From contig VGLH01000004.1 of the NCBI GenBank assembly GCA_016866785.1, forward strand, positions 3,573-67,572: 64,000 nucleotides of DNA, written 5' to 3'. Of the stretch, positions 45,363 to 54,621 are shown piece by piece. Origin of the DNA: Candidatus Poribacteria bacterium. Lineage in GTDB: Bacteria; Poribacteria; WGA-4E; GCA-2687025. The translations under genes were made by a program, and so were the position numbers. Numbering within the stretch: position 1 is the first letter of the stretch; every line of letters begins with the position of its first letter. Below the pieces are notes generated by a model, which did no database searches, was not told the DNA's origin, and saw only the letters and a list, made by a program, of their open reading frames with translations.

Positions 45363-46383
45363 TTCGCTGGAACCGGCGATACGCCCCTCGAGCGGCGGGC
45401 TCGGCGACGCGCCAGAGCCACGACCGCAGAGGGGCGGTCGTCTTCGTGACGGTTCCGAACGCCATTTCCTGCGCGCCGAACGACTCCTTGAACGCCACGA
45501 GCCCGTCGTTGCCCGGCGGCGATGCCCCGAAGTCCGCCATCTCCACCCCAGCCTGAGTCGCGTCGCGCAGAGCGGCGTCGTAGAGCAGATGGTTGGGCGA
45601 GTACCGCCGTTCCGATGGTTCGCTGGCAGCCATCCAGATCGTCATCCAGCGCCCGAAGCGGAGCTCTAGCAAGCCGGCAACCACCGAGCCTTCTCTCCGA
45701 GCCACCCACAGCCTACCGAGGCTTCCTGCCAAGAGCATCTCGACCAGCACGAGCGGCTTCGCCAGGCTGCCGAACCGACGCATCGAATCGGCGTAGAGCG
45801 CGTAGAACGCCCGCACGTCGTCCGGGCACGAAGACGCCTCGACCGTGACGCCGGACTTCCGCGCTCGCCGGATGTCGGTTCGGACGCTACCGCGATAGGC
45901 GTCGTGCCAGAGCGTGTCGAGATCGTCCGGCAGGGAGAGCCAGTGCGTACGCTTCGAGTCGAAGTCGGCGAAGCCAGCCTGACGAGCGATTGCCAGACGG
46001 TCCTCGTAATCCGTTGGGTGGAGGGTCAGACGGAGGAAGGCGGCGCTTGCACGCCGCGAGCGATCCTCCCATCGATTCAGCGCAGACGCGAACTCCGACT
46101 GGGACGGCGACTGTGCCAAGTAGCCGCCGTAGAGATTCCAAGGTCCCGCCTCGGCGATCCGAATGCCTGGTGCCGGGCGGAAGTCGAACGATGACCATAG
46201 GCAAATCGACCGCCCGTCTCTGACATGACGGCTGTCGCCCGCGACGTACTGCGGGAAGGCGGCAGTCAGGGCTGCCTTCCACTCGCTGGAATGGAATGCG
46301 CAGGCGTCTGGGCACTGCTTGGCGAGCTCGTCCCACTCGTCGCCGGGTTGTGCCTGAACCCATTCATCGTCAGTTGCCGCCAC
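45334..46383 (-). CDS. FemAB-like / GNAT-fold acyl- or aminoacyl-transferase
   Basis: N-terminal FHSSEWKAAL and C-terminal LWVARREGSVVAGLLELRFG..YSPNHLLYDAAL..DFGASPPGNDGLVAFKESFGA pattern, resembling FemAB/BioF2-like acetyltransferase domains. Confidence 0.6.
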   Translation of the reverse strand: MAATDDEWVQAQPGDEWDELAKQCPDACAFHSSEWKAALTAAFPQYVAGDSRHVRDGRSICLWSSFDFRPAPGIRIAEAGPWNLYGGYLAQSPSQSEFASALNRWEDRSRRASAAFLRLTLHPTDYEDRLAIARQAGFADFDSKRTHWLSLPDDLDTLWHDAYRGSVRTDIRRARKSGVTVEASSCPDDVRAFYALYADSMRRFGSLAKPLVLVEMLLAGSLGRLWVARREGSVVAGLLELRFGRWMTIWMAASEPSERRYSPNHLLYDAALRDATQAGVEMADFGASPPGNDGLVAFKESFGAQEMAFGTVTKTTAPLRSWLWRVAEPAARGAYRRFQRINRPSPTAD

Positions 46384-47332
46384 GCGGGTCCTCCGTCGGC
46401 GCCCTGGCGAGCAGCGGAAGCGCCAGAGCGCCTACGATGCACGCGAAGACGAGCACGATTGCGTGGAGAACGAAGCCAGACGCGATGGCGCTGCCGGCGT
46501 CCACGCCGGTCGCCATCATCGCCCACGCCCACGGGAGCTCGATGGTTCCCACATTTCCGATGGACTGGATAGGGAGCAGGTTCACCAATCCCGCGACCGA
46601 GAGCGCGAACAGACCTTGCGGCGCGCTGATCGACGGAAACAGGACGGCGAGCAGATACACCTGGAACGCGAACCGGAGCGCCAGCGAGAGCGTCGAGTAG
46701 CCCAGTCCTCGCAGCAGGGAGGCGCTCCACGCGACGCGACTCACGTCCTGCAGCAAAGAAGCGACGCGAGCGCCGACGACCGGAACGCCGCCCAACACGG
46801 ACAGTCGCGGCTGCGCCCAACGAAACACCGCGAGACCGACGGGCATGGCGACCACTCCGGTCGCCGCCACCGCCGCCACAGCGCGCGACGCGGTCGAGCC
46901 AGCCGCAGACGACTCGAACGCCGTGGTGCAGAGCAGCGCGACCAGCATCATGCACCACAGGTCTAGCAGGCTGGCGACCAGCAGCGACGACACGGCGCGG
47001 GTACCTGAAACCGATCCACGTCCGCGCAGCAGAAGCACGTAGGATACATCGCCAGCGCGCATCGGGAGCGTGTTCGACCAGAACGTCTGCGCGGCGACTA
47101 CGCCCAACAGCTCGCGACTCGAACAAGCTCTATCCAACAGCGCCGCGAACCGGCGGGACTTCGCGACGATGGACAACCCGTAGCCGCCGAATGCGATGAC
47201 GATGTGCTGGTATCGGAGGCGCGCCAGATTGTCGGACATCGTCCGCCACTCGACGCCGCGCAGGAGCCACATGGCAGCGGCGATGCCGACCGCCGTGGCG
47301 ACTGCCCATCGCGCGCGTCTGGCGCCACTCAC
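46370..47332 (-). CDS. UPF0104 / lysyl-phosphatidylglycerol-synthase-TM-like (flippase-like) membrane protein
   Basis: About 8 hydrophobic segments. The opening (WLLRGVEWRTMSDNLARLRYQHIVIAFGGYGLSIVAKSRRFAALL) is typical of the family. 14-nt overlap with the downstream FemAB-like gene. Confidence 0.7.
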   Translation of the reverse strand: MSGARRARWAVATAVGIAAAMWLLRGVEWRTMSDNLARLRYQHIVIAFGGYGLSIVAKSRRFAALLDRACSSRELLGVVAAQTFWSNTLPMRAGDVSYVLLLRGRGSVSGTRAVSSLLVASLLDLWCMMLVALLCTTAFESSAAGSTASRAVAAVAATGVVAMPVGLAVFRWAQPRLSVLGGVPVVGARVASLLQDVSRVAWSASLLRGLGYSTLSLALRFAFQVYLLAVLFPSISAPQGLFALSVAGLVNLLPIQSIGNVGTIELPWAWAMMATGVDAGSAIASGFVLHAIVLVFACIVGALALPLLARAPTEDPRGGN

Positions 47333-47345
47333 GCGTTCGCCCGTC

Positions 47346-48338
47346 CTAATCGAAGAGCTCGCCGATCTCGACCGTCCGCCGTTCGTCCGACGCTCTGCCC
47401 GTCGCCTCGCACAGCGCGAGCGTCTGCAGGTTGTTCCTGCCGGAGATTCCCGGCTCGACGCCCTCGAGGATGTACCGATACACGTCTTCCAGGACCGACT
47501 GCTCGGATTGCGGCACGGACAGCAGCGGAACCGCCTGCGCGTCGCGGCTGTGGGTCGGGCGGAACTCGATGCCAGCGATGTCGTGGCATCGGAGCGTCCC
47601 CGTCGTCGTGTGGATGAACGTGCGATGGAAATCGTTCTGCGCGACGTGCGTCAGGCAGTAGGTCGCAACGACGCCGTTCGCGAACTCGATCACGGCGCTC
47701 ACGTTCGCGTCGTGGGGCGTATATCGGCTCCAGGGGGCACCGAAGGTGCGTGCCGTCACGCGCTGGGCGGGCCCGAACCAGTAGACGAAGTTGTCGAAGT
47801 GGTGGCAGCTCATGTCCCAGATCATCGCGTTCTTGTAGTCGAGGGTTCGCGGTTCCGGGCGGTAGCGGTGGTGGATCAGGTCGAGGAACGACGGCTCGCC
47901 GTACTGCTCGGTTCCGAACGCCTCGCGCATCGTGCGCTCGACCTGGAAGTAGCGGTAGTTCTGAGAAACGCAGAAACAGAGTCGAGCTTGCTCGGCTTCG
48001 TCAACGGCGGCGCGGGCGAGCTCCCAGTCGAGGGTCATGCCTTTCTCGGTGAGCACATGGACGCCAGCCCCGAATGCGATTCGGGCATACGGGACGTGCG
48101 TCACCGTCGGCGTGCAGATGATCGCCAGATCCGCTTCGACGGAGCCCACGGCGTCCTGCACGTCCGAGAAGCAGACGGACGCCGGAAGCCCGGTTTTCTG
48201 CCGTGCGGCTTCGAGATAGCTGGGGTTGACGTCGACGAGCGCCGCAGACACGTACCCATCCATGCGGGCGACAACATCGAGGGGCCATGCGCCCCTGCCC
48301 CCGGCGCCGACGTGGATGACTCTCAGAACGCGAGGCAT
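47346..48338 (-). CDS. Gfo/Idh/MocA family oxidoreductase
   Basis: N-terminal Rossmann motif RVIHVGAGGRGAW and EKGMTLD motif. Confidence 0.85.
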   Translation of the reverse strand: MPRVLRVIHVGAGGRGAWPLDVVARMDGYVSAALVDVNPSYLEAARQKTGLPASVCFSDVQDAVGSVEADLAIICTPTVTHVPYARIAFGAGVHVLTEKGMTLDWELARAAVDEAEQARLCFCVSQNYRYFQVERTMREAFGTEQYGEPSFLDLIHHRYRPEPRTLDYKNAMIWDMSCHHFDNFVYWFGPAQRVTARTFGAPWSRYTPHDANVSAVIEFANGVVATYCLTHVAQNDFHRTFIHTTTGTLRCHDIAGIEFRPTHSRDAQAVPLLSVPQSEQSVLEDVYRYILEGVEPGISGRNNLQTLALCEATGRASDERRTVEIGELFD

Positions 48339-48378
48339 CGGTTCCTCCCTAATCCATCTTGGAAGTTGCTACGGATAC

Positions 48379-48480
48379 TGTCATTCTGAGCGAAGCGAAG
48401 AATCTGCCCGGCACGTGATGCGCGAGATCCTTCGTCGCTTCGCTCCTCAGGAACCTATCCTGAGCGCAGCGAAGGATGAC
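48379..48480. repeat. Cluster of three GC-rich CTGAGCGAAGCGAAG-type motif copies (two direct, one inverted) able to form long imperfect hairpins
   Basis: CTGAGCGAAGCGAAGAATC (48386..48404), inverted GATCCTTCGTCGCTTCGCTCCTCAG (48427..48450), CCTGAGCGCAGCGAAGGAT (48459..48477). Confidence 0.7.
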
Positions 48481-48561
48481 AAGCCGTATGAACTTCTGCG
48501 GTCGAGTACTCCCTGTTGCCTCGAACAGCGCGGTCGCCGCCGTGTCCGACGGCTGCGCGTC

Positions 48562-49461
48562 CTACGATGCGTCGAGTGTCAGGGCTGCTGCGAAGGCTGC
48601 CTGGGTCGCCATGAGCACGTTGTCGATATCGACGTTCTCCGGCACGTCGGTCTCCCGGTGGTAGCTCGGCTCCGCATAGTGCCACGAGCCGATGTTGATG
48701 ACGGCGGTCGGGAAGCCCGCGCGGATGAACGATCCGTCGTCGTCCCCTGGCGACGAACGCCTTCCCTTGGTCTGAGTCAGTCCGATGCGATACCGGTCGT
48801 TGACTTCGGACATCAGGTCGGCGATGCGCTCGCCCTCCGGCTCCGTGTAGAGCGTGACGTTGGTCCGACGCCCGGCGCGGACATCCTCGTCGGGTCTGCC
48901 GCCGATGCCGTCCATGTTGAGCACGGCGATCAGGTTGTCGCCTCGGTCGCGCGCGACTTCGGCGGCGTGGATGCTCGTCCACGGCGCGTGCTCCTCGTTG
49001 CACCAGAGGAACCAGAAGCTGCGCCTCGGCTGGTTCTCGCTCAGCGCGCGCGCCATCTCGATGAGCGCGACCGTCCCGACGCCGTTGTCGTAAGCGCCCG
49101 GCGAATCGACCCAGCTCTGCGAGTCCTTGTGGGCGACGAACACGATGGTCTCGTCAGGCTGGGCGGAGCCGACGCGGACCGCGTTCAGGTTATACGCCGC
49201 CATCCAGGGGCCCGATGCGGGCCCATACTGCTGCGCCTTGGGCTTGGACTCGTCGCGCTCGCGCGCCTGCACGGGCACCGCCTGCTTCTCGACGGTGTAC
49301 CCGCACGCCTCGAGCTGAGCGACAATGTAGTCGTCCGCCTCGTCGAGCGTATGTTTCGCGTGTCCTGGGAGCGTGTGGTTGATCTTGCGGTACGGAATCG
49401 GGTCCTTGCATAGGTGGAACAGGTCTCGACGCAGGCGATCACCTGACAACCGGTCGATCAT
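48562..49461 (-). CDS. M28-family metallopeptidase
   Basis: FVAHKDS..GAYDNGVGTVALIEMAR, WCNEEH and LNMDGIG metal-ligand motifs. I prefer ATG 49461 (MIDRLSGD) over the Arg-rich ORF-track extension to 49635. Confidence 0.75.
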   Translation of the reverse strand: MIDRLSGDRLRRDLFHLCKDPIPYRKINHTLPGHAKHTLDEADDYIVAQLEACGYTVEKQAVPVQARERDESKPKAQQYGPASGPWMAAYNLNAVRVGSAQPDETIVFVAHKDSQSWVDSPGAYDNGVGTVALIEMARALSENQPRRSFWFLWCNEEHAPWTSIHAAEVARDRGDNLIAVLNMDGIGGRPDEDVRAGRRTNVTLYTEPEGERIADLMSEVNDRYRIGLTQTKGRRSSPGDDDGSFIRAGFPTAVINIGSWHYAEPSYHRETDVPENVDIDNVLMATQAAFAAALTLDAS

Positions 49462-49561
49462 CGCCCGGACGGTCTGCACGACGTGCCTCCTGGTTGGCGG
49501 AACCGACGCGGTTCGAGAACGTCGTAAGGTCCGACTCCCGCTCGCCGTCACGCAACGGTGC

Positions 49562-50176
49562 CTACAGAGCCGCCTCGGTCGTCGGCGTCCGGTAGAGGCT
49601 GATGGTGATATCGCCTGCCTGCGTGACGCGGACACTCGCCGCGCACCCCTCGGACGAAGCCGTCAGATCGACCGAGTCCGTCGTCGCCCGGACTGCCAGG
49701 ACGTCGGTTCCGATGCGATACCGACCGGGTTCGCCCTTGAGCGGCTGTGCCGGTGCGCCTCCGGTCTGAGACGCGTACGCGTCGACGACCGCCATGATGA
49801 GGTCGTCCTGCGGTCGGTCGAGATGCTTCCGGGCGTGGCTCGCGGCGTGAAGCGCTCGGGCTCGGAGTCGCTCCTGCACGCGCAGCACGTCACTCGATCC
49901 GTCGTGTCTCACGGAGTTCCGAAAGACGAAGTAGGCGAGCGCGATCAGCCCGGTCGTCAGCACGGACGCCAGCAGCATCACGATTCCGCGACGGTCTTGC
50001 CCCGTGGCGATATCGGCGAAGTCGCGCGTGTGGTGCGGCAGGTCCGTCGTATGAGCGAGCGCCGAGGCAACGACCGACAGCGCCCCAACGAACAGCCCGG
50101 CGAACAGCACGCCTCGCCTATTGAGACGTTGCGGCGGAGCGTCTTCCGGGGGCGACAAAGGCGTCCTTCGGACCAC
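49562..50176 (-). CDS. Hypothetical two-TM membrane protein
   Basis: Two hydrophobic segments (VLFAGLFVGALSVVASAL; IVMLLASVLTTGLIALAYFVF). The ORF-track start overlaps the PBP1A 3' end by 59 nt. An in-frame GTG at 50110 would remove the overlap. Confidence 0.45.
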   Translation of the reverse strand: MVRRTPLSPPEDAPPQRLNRRGVLFAGLFVGALSVVASALAHTTDLPHHTRDFADIATGQDRRGIVMLLASVLTTGLIALAYFVFRNSVRHDGSSDVLRVQERLRARALHAASHARKHLDRPQDDLIMAVVDAYASQTGGAPAQPLKGEPGRYRIGTDVLAVRATTDSVDLTASSEGCAASVRVTQAGDITISLYRTPTTEAAL

Positions 50177-52370
50177 GGATCGCTTCCTTCATAAACTCCG
50201 TCCAGATCGGAATCGCCGCCTCGGAGCCGGTCGCCTTGACGCTCTTCTTAGGATCGTCGAAGCCGACCCATACGCCGGTGACGACGTGGGGCGTGTATCC
50301 GATGAACCACGCGTCCGTGTAGTCGGACGTGGTGCCGGTCTTCCCGGCAGCCGGATAGGTGAATCCGAGACGGCGGACGCGCGCTCCGGTTCCATAGGTG
50401 ACAACGTCTTGTAGCACAGACGTCGTCGTGTAGGCGACCCACTCCTCCATGACGCGGGACGTTTCAGGAACCTGCTCCTCCAACACCCGACCCGAGCTGT
50501 CGACCACATAGCGGATGGCGATGGACTTGACGCGCACGCCCCCATTCGCCAGCGTTCCGTACGCCGACGTAATCTCCAGCGGCGTGACCTCCGACGAACC
50601 CAAAGCGAGCGACGGGTACGGGGCGAGCGGCGTTTCGATGCCGCAGCGACGAGCCATGCGCACCGTCGCCGTGACGCCCACGTACTCGTTCATCAGCCGC
50701 GCCGCCGGGATGTTCAGAGAACGCACGAGAGCCCGACGCAGATCGACCTCGCCTTCGTGCGAGAAGCTGATGTTGTGGGGTGTCCAGCCGCGATAGGTCC
50801 AGGGCTCGTCCTCGATCGTATCGGAGGGCTTCATACCGCGTTCCCATGCCGCCGTGTAGACGAACGGCTTGAACGCAGATCCGGGCTGGCGCTTCGCCTG
50901 GGTGACGTGGTTGAACTGGCTGTAGTCGTAGTCGCGCCCCCCGACGATGGCTCGGACGTAGCCCGTTTGGACCTCGATCATCACCAGTCCCGCTTGGATG
51001 TAGTCGCCCGGCTCGTGCTTCGCGCTCAGCTTGGCGTCTGCCGCCGCGACCATGTCGCGGTACGGCGGGTACCGGAGCTGCTTGTCGAGCTCTTCGAGCT
51101 CCTTGGCGACGATGCGTGTGCCGGCATCCTGGGCGATGGGGTCCATCGTCGTGTAGACGCGCATGCCTTGGTTGTAGAGCTGCTCCCGGCTGTACCGCTG
51201 CTCAAGCAGCGCGCGGATGTAGGAACCGAAGTACGGAGCCGTTCCCCGGAACCGGCTGCGGCGGGGACCCTCGACGACGAGCTCCTCAGCCTGGGCGGCG
51301 ATCATGTCGGCACGCGAGATGTAGCCTCGGCGGTGCATCTGCCGGAGGATCAGATTGCGGCGTTCGCGAGCGTTCTCAGGATGGAGCACCGGCGAATAGC
51401 GCGTCGGAGACTTCGGGATCGACGCGAGCAGAGCGCACTCCGATAACGAGAGCTCGGCGACGTCCTTGTTGAAGTAGTAGCGCGCTGCCTCCTTGACCCC
51501 GGCGAGGCTGCGACCGCTGTGCCTGCCCATGTCGATGAAGTTGAGGTAACGTTCGAGGATCTCGTTCTTCGAGTAGCGGCGTTCGATCTGGACCGCGAGG
51601 AGCCACTCCTTCGCCTTGCGCAGCAGAATCTTCTGACGAGTGAGCATCAGGTTCCGCGCAAGCTGCTGGGTGATCGTGCTGGCTCCATACCGCCGGTTCC
51701 GAACGACGTTCCAGAACATCGTCACGGCGAACCGCCGCGCGTGGATCCCCGGATGCTTGTAGAAGTCGTTGTCTTCGATGGCGATGAAGGCGTCGATCAG
51801 GTGCTTCGGGGCTTCTTCCAGCGCGATCAACTGGCGGGCGAGCCCTTCATCGACGTTGTAGAGCTCGTCGACGAGCTCGGGCTCCAAGAAGAACCGACCC
51901 ACGGACGCGCCGTCAGCCTGCTGGACGTCCGCCACCGCGCCGTCGCGAATCGCCACGACGAAAGCCTGCGGGTTCTGCCGGATACGCGGATGGATGAATG
52001 CGCGCGGGAAGACCTGGACAGTCGAGTCACCGGCGTTCGGCTGACCGCTGTAGGTTCCCTCGCGGAGGTTGTCCGCCGTGACGGGAGCGTAGTCGAGGCG
52101 TTCCATACGCCGCTTGAGGGTCGTCCACGGCGTGCCCGCCACGATGGGGGGTGTGTCGGCGTAGACCTCCGTATGCTGCTTCCAGACGGCGACCTCGCCG
52201 TACTCCAGCGGGTCGAGCTCCGGCAGGTTGCGACTCACCTGGGTCAGGTAGACGATTCCCGCCGCGGTTGCTCCGACAAGTCCGATCGCCAGCAAGATCG
52301 CCGCGACCTGGCACAGGCGGACGAGGATGCGTAGGGGGCGGTTTCGGACGATGGATGCGGGCAAACGCAT
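50118..52370 (-). CDS. Class A penicillin-binding protein (PBP1A; glycosyltransferase + transpeptidase)
   Basis: GT51 motifs (AIEDNDFYKHPG, GASTITQQLARN), transpeptidase SAFKPF, and an N-terminal TM anchor. Confidence 0.95.
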   Translation of the reverse strand: MRLPASIVRNRPLRILVRLCQVAAILLAIGLVGATAAGIVYLTQVSRNLPELDPLEYGEVAVWKQHTEVYADTPPIVAGTPWTTLKRRMERLDYAPVTADNLREGTYSGQPNAGDSTVQVFPRAFIHPRIRQNPQAFVVAIRDGAVADVQQADGASVGRFFLEPELVDELYNVDEGLARQLIALEEAPKHLIDAFIAIEDNDFYKHPGIHARRFAVTMFWNVVRNRRYGASTITQQLARNLMLTRQKILLRKAKEWLLAVQIERRYSKNEILERYLNFIDMGRHSGRSLAGVKEAARYYFNKDVAELSLSECALLASIPKSPTRYSPVLHPENARERRNLILRQMHRRGYISRADMIAAQAEELVVEGPRRSRFRGTAPYFGSYIRALLEQRYSREQLYNQGMRVYTTMDPIAQDAGTRIVAKELEELDKQLRYPPYRDMVAAADAKLSAKHEPGDYIQAGLVMIEVQTGYVRAIVGGRDYDYSQFNHVTQAKRQPGSAFKPFVYTAAWERGMKPSDTIEDEPWTYRGWTPHNISFSHEGEVDLRRALVRSLNIPAARLMNEYVGVTATVRMARRCGIETPLAPYPSLALGSSEVTPLEITSAYGTLANGGVRVKSIAIRYVVDSSGRVLEEQVPETSRVMEEWVAYTTTSVLQDVVTYGTGARVRRLGFTYPAAGKTGTTSDYTDAWFIGYTPHVVTGVWVGFDDPKKSVKATGSEAAIPIWTEFMKEAIRGPKDAFVAPGRRSAATSQ

Positions 52371-52439
52371 CGAGCGGTGGTCTCCGGTCGCGCCGAACGG
52401 CGCCGCGCCATTGGGCCCCGACGCACCAGATTATGGTCT

Positions 52440-52468
52440 GCAGGAACCGGGGTGTCAATCGGCTGCGA
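52440..52468 (-). promoter_or_regulatory. Candidate sigma70-type promoter of the PBP1A gene
   Basis: On the minus strand: TTGACA (52468..52463), 17-nt spacer, CATAAT (52445..52440). About 70 nt upstream of the start codon. Confidence 0.5.
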
Positions 52469-52556
52469 AGCTCTCACCCACGACGCAAGAGGATTCTGCC
52501 GGACGGAGCAGCGACAGACGAGGACGCGCGCTGTCGTTGCCGAGCGGACGCAAAGC

Positions 52557-53615
52557 TCATGTCCAGCCGAGGTCGTACGCCGTCTCGTACATCGCCACGA
52601 TGTTCTCGGCGGGGCTGACGACCTGGATGTTGTGACAGGGCCCCAAGATGTACCCGCCGCCCTCGCCGAGGATCGACAGGTTCTCCTCGACTTCGCGCCG
52701 CACGTCTCCGACGGACCCGAAGACCAGCGTCTGCTGGTTGTCCACGCCTCCGTGGAACACGACGTCCTTGCCGAAGTCGCGCTTGAGCGCGCGCCGTGCC
52801 ATCCCCCTGCAACGCCACTGGATCGGGTTCAGCAGGTCGATGCCGATCTCGATCATGCGAGGAAGAATGTCGCGCACGGCTCCGTCGTTGTGGTGGAACA
52901 CGTACACGCCCGCGCTGTGCGCCAGGTCGATCATCCGCTTCATGCGCGGGATCAGAAACTCCTCGAGGAGAGCCGGGGAGCACATCAAGCCCTCCTGAGC
53001 TCCCATGTCCTCGGCGACGTAGCTGAAGTCAACCTTGCCCGGAAGCTGCTCGTAGATGCGAGCCGTGTTCTCATAGGCAAGGTCGAAGAGCTTGTCGAGG
53101 CAGTAGTGGACGATCTCGGGGTTCTCGATCAGGTCGATGAACGCCTGCTCCTGGCCCCTCAGGTTCTTGTAGACCAGGAACGGCTCGGATCCCCCGCCAC
53201 GGATAGGATGTTTACCCAGAGACGCAGCCTGCTCTTTGAGGTGGGATACGTCGTACCAATCCGGGCTGGGCCACTGGAAGTTCGCCTCGATCTCCTCGAC
53301 GGACGAGTACTGCGCCAACGGGTTGTGGATGCACTCGGAGTACGCTCCGCCGTCGTGCTCGACCGTTCGGTATCGACACCCGTAGATATCTTCGCCTGGC
53401 GGGCTCGCGGGTCCCGTGTAGTGAGGTCCGACGCCGTCGATGCGGTCGATGTGCAATCGCTCGAACATCTCCGTGGTCGTGGCGCATCCCATGTGGGCTA
53501 GGAGCTTCCGTGTCGCCTCGCCGGTCGCCCAATAGTCGAGCGGCACGCGGTCGGGCTTCTCGCGGCGCATCACGGCGAGCCATCGTTCGCGGGGAGTCAT
53601 CGTCTCCGTGGGCAT
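52557..53615 (-). CDS. Uroporphyrinogen decarboxylase (URO-D/MtaA-like) family protein, paralog 4
   Basis: EKPDRVPLDYW N-terminus and VFHHNDGAVRDILPRMIEIGIDLLNPIQ core. I prefer ATG 53615, 8 nt after AGGAAGGA. Confidence 0.75.
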   Translation of the reverse strand: MPTETMTPRERWLAVMRREKPDRVPLDYWATGEATRKLLAHMGCATTTEMFERLHIDRIDGVGPHYTGPASPPGEDIYGCRYRTVEHDGGAYSECIHNPLAQYSSVEEIEANFQWPSPDWYDVSHLKEQAASLGKHPIRGGGSEPFLVYKNLRGQEQAFIDLIENPEIVHYCLDKLFDLAYENTARIYEQLPGKVDFSYVAEDMGAQEGLMCSPALLEEFLIPRMKRMIDLAHSAGVYVFHHNDGAVRDILPRMIEIGIDLLNPIQWRCRGMARRALKRDFGKDVVFHGGVDNQQTLVFGSVGDVRREVEENLSILGEGGGYILGPCHNIQVVSPAENIVAMYETAYDLGWT

Positions 53616-53781
53616 TGGCATGTCCTTCCTCATCGGTTCGGGTGCGTGGATGCTCGGATGTCGCCGAAGTCGCGCCGGCAGGCTCATCTCCTCAGACGTC
53701 GCGCCGCGCTTGTGCGCTCCGGCATCGTGTGGCAGATAACTCATGAACCACCGGAGCCCCGCACGAACCGAGGACATGACC

Positions 53782-54621
53782 ATGCCGACAGCGCGCGTCG
53801 TCGAAGAGGACCTCCGCTACAAGTTTCTGGCGGACGGCCGGCTCGCCCTCGCCTACAACAAGGGTCACCTGTCGTGGGGCGACTTCTACCTGTCGCGGCC
53901 CAACTTCTTTCCGGTCTACTCTCCCAGCGGCAGAGCCGTCACGACGAACTGCGCCTACCGGTTCAACCACCATAAGAGCATCTTCATCGGCCACGCGCGA
54001 GTCAACGGGGTCAACTTCTTCCACGATAACAACCCGACGAACCCGAGCCTCGGAGATATCCGGTTCGAGTCGGGCGTCGTCGATGAGCAGGGCACTCGCG
54101 TTCGCCTTCGGACGACGAACTCGTGGGTCGCCAAGAGCGGCGAGCAGATGCTGGACGAGGAACGCGAGATCGTGTGGACGCCCAGTGAACGCGTCCACGT
54201 GCTGGACATATCGAGCGCTCTGACCTCACGCGTCGGCGAGATCACGTTTGGCAAGGACACGCACTCCTACATCGGCATCCGCGTTGCGGATACGATCGAT
54301 GTCGAAGACGGCGGGAGAGCCGTCAACTCGGCTGGACAGGTGAACGAAGCCGAGGCGATGAACCAGTTCGCCGACTGGGTCGACTATTCCGGGGACGTCG
54401 CCGGTCAGACGGTTGGGATCGCGCTGATGCACCATCCCGACAATCCGCCGTCGCCGTACTTCGTCCGGGACTACGGGACGTTCCTGTCGAACTTCACTTT
54501 GCGCGAGCCCTACGTGCTTCCGGATGGCGGTCGCCTGGTCCAGCGCTTCCGTATTCTGGTCCACGAGGGACCAACGAACGAGGTGGACATCGGTTCCTAC
54601 CGTGAGGCGTTCGTCGGCTGA
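53782..54621 (+). CDS. PmoA-family / DUF6807 protein, paralog 2
   Basis: NFFPVYSPSG, FNHHKSIFIGHARVNGVNFFHD, FGKDTHSYIGIRV, DWVDYSG and YFVRDYG motifs parallel to paralog 1. Confidence 0.7.
   Translation: MPTARVVEEDLRYKFLADGRLALAYNKGHLSWGDFYLSRPNFFPVYSPSGRAVTTNCAYRFNHHKSIFIGHARVNGVNFFHDNNPTNPSLGDIRFESGVVDEQGTRVRLRTTNSWVAKSGEQMLDEEREIVWTPSERVHVLDISSALTSRVGEITFGKDTHSYIGIRVADTIDVEDGGRAVNSAGQVNEAEAMNQFADWVDYSGDVAGQTVGIALMHHPDNPPSPYFVRDYGTFLSNFTLREPYVLPDGGRLVQRFRILVHEGPTNEVDIGSYREAFVG

Noticed and set aside
53735-53752. CTCATGAACCACC in the URO-D/DUF6807 divergent region resembles the TCATGAAACAGCC core of the repeated element.
   Set aside because: The match is only about 11 of 13 positions with no flanking similarity, which is compatible with chance.
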